Notes under the pieces: model-generated
What the model was told of the DNA's origin: nothing
The model's input: only the letters and a program-made list of their open reading frames with translations
The model's database searches: none
Translations under genes and position numbers: made by a program
Source: Bacillota bacterium
GTDB lineage: Bacteria; Bacillota; Ch66; Ch109
Length of the DNA: 64,000 bases
NCBI GenBank assembly: GCA_050952625.1
Contig: JBMNLH010000002.1
Location: 64,001-128,000 of the forward strand
Direction: 5' to 3'
In this document: in pieces, positions 61,627 to 64,000 of the stretch
How positions within the stretch are numbered: the first letter of the stretch is position 1
Layout: every line of letters starts with the position of its first letter

Positions 61627-62355
61627 TTAATTTCGCCCTAATAAAGCTAATAAGTTTTCGGCCAAAACCTTTTCTCGATCCCGGCCGGTAAAAATCTGTT
61701 CCACCTTATAACGTTCATATGCCGGGTCGCCAAATGGATAATCACTCCCAAAGAGAATTCGGTCAGTTCCATAATCACCAGCAAAGTCCACTATCTCATG
61801 CGGACTGGCTAGAGCAGTATCGACATATATGTTTGGCTTTTCAAACAGACCGGCCCGTTTTAACCGCTGATATCCGCCATTGAGACCCCCAAAATGGGGG
61901 ATAATTATAGGGATCCGCTGATTAATTTGATTCACCAGGTCCAGGGTGTTTTGAAATTCGTCTTCCAACATTAGCGGCAAACCAAGAGAGCAAACTTGCT
62001 CCAAAAAGGCTCGATACTCAGGCAGTCCTACCTGGTATTCGGGTTCATTTGAATGTCGGTGCCACTTAATTCCATCAAACCCGTTACCCGGCGGCGGTTT
62101 AAAATCATTCCACACAAACCAGTAAGCGAAGATATATTCAGATCGTAAAGATTTCAGGTAGGCATGGACTTTCTCTCGCGACTCTCGATATTCCTGACTG
62201 TCAACAAACCAGGGATCGTAACGATCATAAACTTCTTCGACTGGCGAGATAAGTACGCCACCGGCAATCCGGCCAGCCTGCCAAAGATGGTGGATGTTGG
62301 CAAACGGAAGAGTAAGACCGCAATGAGCATGAGAATCGAAGACCAGCACTGGCAA
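61627..62355 (-). CDS. Amidohydrolase_2-family metal-dependent hydrolase
   Basis: FDSHAH, GIKWH, IIPHFGG, YVDTA, ILFGSDYPFG. Confidence 0.87.
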   Translation of the reverse strand: MPVLVFDSHAHCGLTLPFANIHHLWQAGRIAGGVLISPVEEVYDRYDPWFVDSQEYRESREKVHAYLKSLRSEYIFAYWFVWNDFKPPPGNGFDGIKWHRHSNEPEYQVGLPEYRAFLEQVCSLGLPLMLEDEFQNTLDLVNQINQRIPIIIPHFGGLNGGYQRLKRAGLFEKPNIYVDTALASPHEIVDFAGDYGTDRILFGSDYPFGDPAYERYKVEQIFTGRDREKVLAENLLALLGRN

Positions 62356-62380
62356 ATCACTCCTTATCAGAGAAAACTCA

Positions 62381-63310
62381 TTATCCTCGAACTAAATTGC
62401 CTATTCCGCCAAACAATAACTTGCCTAACCCCTTTTTGCCCTCCTGAGCAGCCGGTTTTGCTCTCTTGGCCGGCTCCTCAGCTGTCTTGTCGGTTTGCGC
62501 TTGCATTTTCTTTAGCGTATCTGCGATTAAGTATTTCTGGTCTCGAGCCTTGTCCTTTAGGGACTGTTTGGCTTGCGGGTTGCCCAACACCCGGCCAAAC
62601 CAGAACAGGGCATCCTTATAATTACCAATCCTTCTGGATAACTCCCCGATAATGTACTCCACACTGTCCCCATCCATCCCGGCAATGGGCGGGCTCTCCT
62701 TGGCCAAGGCCTCTTTCAAGCCAACTTGAGCCTGAGTTAAGTACTTAATCTCGTTTTCCTGGTCACCCTTGACTCGACAAATCCAACCAAGTTTGAGACA
62801 AAGCAGCGCAATTTCGCTATTTTTGGCTTTTCTGACAATACAATTGAGTAAGGCCAATTTATAGCGTTCGATTGCAATATCTGCATCATAGATGGGTGGG
62901 TATTCTTTCGGTCGCCACCGAGAAGAGATATTTTGTTTAATTAGGTCTATATGTGTTTTTAACATCCGTTGAGTAAACTGTTTTTCTGTAGCCGCATACC
63001 CACAGGCGTTGCACACAAAGATATCATAAAACAAGGGATTTATGCCTTGATAGGTGACCATCGAATCGGTATCCCGGGAAACAACGCGTAACGCGGATTT
63101 TTTAACCGCTCGCACCCGCACCTTGGCAGCACAAACAGGGCACTCAACTGTTCGGTCAAAAAGATAGTCTTCCTCTCTTTTTTCTTTAGGTTTAACTGTT
63201 TCGGATTGTTTGCCTTCTGGGTCACCGTAGAGTGAAACATTATCGAGGTCAGTAAAACCGAACTCTTCTAAACCGGATAATAGGTTTAGATCGTCTGCTT
63301 TTTCTGACAT
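62381..63310 (-). CDS. DUF2225-like protein (Zn-finger plus TPR-like helices)
   Basis: CPVC, D.D...Y..INP..Y...VCxxCGYAA, L.L.W..R, Y.IGEL.RR.G. Confidence 0.8.
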   Translation of the reverse strand: MSEKADDLNLLSGLEEFGFTDLDNVSLYGDPEGKQSETVKPKEKREEDYLFDRTVECPVCAAKVRVRAVKKSALRVVSRDTDSMVTYQGINPLFYDIFVCNACGYAATEKQFTQRMLKTHIDLIKQNISSRWRPKEYPPIYDADIAIERYKLALLNCIVRKAKNSEIALLCLKLGWICRVKGDQENEIKYLTQAQVGLKEALAKESPPIAGMDGDSVEYIIGELSRRIGNYKDALFWFGRVLGNPQAKQSLKDKARDQKYLIADTLKKMQAQTDKTAEEPAKRAKPAAQEGKKGLGKLLFGGIGNLVRG

Positions 63311-63436
63311 GATATACCCCCTAAATCATAATAGGACAACATAGGTTTCCTGTCCCATTATACTACGCGGAATGTTTGGGCAAAAGTCCCAAATAAATAA
63401 TCACAATTTAATTGAGTTAAATTTTATTTTAAATAA

Positions 63437-64000
63437 CTAGTCCCACAACTCAACCAGTTTAAACTGATTAACATCGACTAATCCCTGGTCAGTTATTTTT
63501 AAGGCCGGAATAACTGGCAAAGCCAAAAAAGACATGGTCATAAACGGGGCATAGATCGAGCAGCCTAAACCCTGAGCCGCGGCATTGACCTCAGCATACT
63601 TCAGTGCTGTTCTCTCGGCCCCCTCCTCGGACATTAAACCGGCGATCGGCAGCGGCAGGGTTGCCAGAACCTTTTGACCGCTGACCACGGCTAATCCGCC
63701 GCCCATTTGAGCGACGGTTTCCGCAGCCAAGCACATCGTTTCCGGATCCGCGCCTACCACAATCAAATTATGGCTATCGTGCGCCACGGTCGAAGCTAAA
63801 GCCCCGGTCTTGAGCCCGAAGCCGCGAACGAAACCAAGTCCCACGCTCCCGCCACGGTTATAGCGTTCAATTACCGCTACCTTCATCACATCATAATCCG
63901 GGTCAAGAGCACCGACCGCTGCCCAACCCTGCCGCGTCAGAATTTGATCCGCCAGGACTTCAATCACCCTGGCTCTGGTTGCGCCGGCGGGTGGGGTATA
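63437..64000 (-). CDS. ade: Adenine deaminase, C-terminal part (gene starts beyond the window)
   Basis: GALASTVAHDSHNLIVVG, LPLPIAGLMS, PFMTMSFLALPVIP.LKITD.GLVDV. Confidence 0.93.
   Translation of the reverse strand, partial: YTPPAGATRARVIEVLADQILTRQGWAAVGALDPDYDVMKVAVIERYNRGGSVGLGFVRGFGLKTGALASTVAHDSHNLIVVGADPETMCLAAETVAQMGGGLAVVSGQKVLATLPLPIAGLMSEEGAERTALKYAEVNAAAQGLGCSIYAPFMTMSFLALPVIPALKITDQGLVDVNQFKLVELWD

Overview
Chromosomal core-genome window from an anaerobic, probably spore-forming Bacillota (Clostridia/Peptococcaceae-like; inferred from gene content and order). Most genes lie on the minus strand. Contents: dapL (partial), glnA, a his operon with a YerC/HisR regulator, a pur operon with a ykkC-2b (PRPP-type) riboswitch, guaA-hpt, Zur-znuACB, dapB, an orphan sigma54 response regulator, groESL with CIRCE, a Mo/W-pterin cofactor cluster, lgt, tsaEB-rimI and tsaD, a ferredoxin, perR, the acpS-nnr-CBS-alr-ndoAI-ndoA block, cheW, a GT2, an HD-GYP protein, an orphan DNA methyltransferase and a partial adenine deaminase. 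No rRNA, tRNA, CRISPR or intact transposase was seen. The unusual signals are: (1) a long self-complementary non-coding element in a 3.2x189-bp tandem array, with six shorter dispersed relatives; (2) deletion scars showing purB-C-S-Q-L removed from the pur operon and replaced by a small Cys protein gene, alongside a missing hisH and an internally deleted mini-hisF; (3) a decaying Nif11-like double-glycine peptide precursor islet next to guaA; (4) a DnaA-box cluster with no dnaA nearby; (5) a candidate small RNA complementary to the ferredoxin RBS; (6) several small unannotated ORFs and further palindromic repeat families. All calls are from reading the sequence; no database searches were run.
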